Shown here: positions 19,734-20,000 of the stretch, one piece after another
How positions within the stretch are numbered: position 1 is the first letter of the stretch
Layout of the letters: the number at the start of each line of letters is the position of its first letter
Assembly (NCBI RefSeq): GCF_004010195.1
Contig: NC_057718.1
Coordinates: 61,946,590-61,966,589, forward strand
Source: Chiloscyllium plagiosum
Lineage: Eukaryota
DNA: 20,000 nucleotides
Direction: 5' to 3'
The notes under the pieces: model-generated
What the model was told of the DNA's origin: nothing
Database searches by the model: none
The model's input: the letters and a program-made list of their open reading frames with translations, nothing else
Made by a program: the position numbers and the translations under genes

Positions 19734-20000
19734 CAAAGCTGGAAATGTGTTGCTGGAAAAGCGCAGCAGGTCAGGCAGCATCCAGGGAACAGGAGAATCG
19801 ACGTTTCGGGCATAAGCCCTTCTTCAGGAATGAGAAAAGTTTGTCCAGCAGGCTAAGATAAAAGGTGGGGAGGAGGGACTTGGGGGAGGGGCGTCGGAAA
19901 TGTGATAGGTGGAAAGAGGTCAAGGTGAGGGTGATAGGTCAGACTGGGGTGGGGGCGGAGAGGTTAGGAAGAAGATTGCAGGTTAGGAAGGCAGTGCTGA
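19734..20000 (-). mobile_element. Young PLE 3' terminus (pLTR), continuing beyond the window
   Basis: gtgttgctggaaaagcgcagcaggtcaggcagcatcc..gaatcgacgtttcgggcataagcccttcttcagg is homologous to 977-1062, with CpGs retained. Confidence 0.85.
19796..19831 (-). ncRNA. Intact minimal type I hammerhead ribozyme motif
   Basis: Minus strand reads AUUC-CUGAAGA-A-GGGC UUAU GCCC-GAAA-C-GUC-GAUU, with a perfect 4-bp stem II, palindromic ACGU stem III and a GUC cleavage triplet. Confidence 0.8.

Overview
Eukaryotic, repeat-saturated non-coding DNA. The repeat repertoire (HE1-like tRNA SINEs, CR1/HER1-like LINEs, Penelope-like elements) points to a cartilaginous fish, probably a shark; this is recognition from memory, not a database result. 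No intact protein-coding gene is supported, and the informative ORFs are decayed retroelement fragments. Layout: (i) 1-3770, a CR1 LINE carrying three nested insertions, followed by more CR1 and SINE debris; (ii) ~6640-11643, an old, nearly full-length minus-strand Ty3/Gypsy LTR element with both LTRs, PBS-like and PPT-like sites and gag/pol remnants; (iii) ~13270-19400, scattered remnants of a probable second, plus-strand Gypsy element, broken by Penelope-like (PLE) fold-back elements and a CR1. Highlights: minimal type I hammerhead ribozyme motifs in the PLE termini, with stem covariation visible within the window and one intact core at 19796-19831; a TSD-flanked PLE fold-back; and an unexplained ~105-bp inverted repeat pair at 13162-13267 / 13980-14083.
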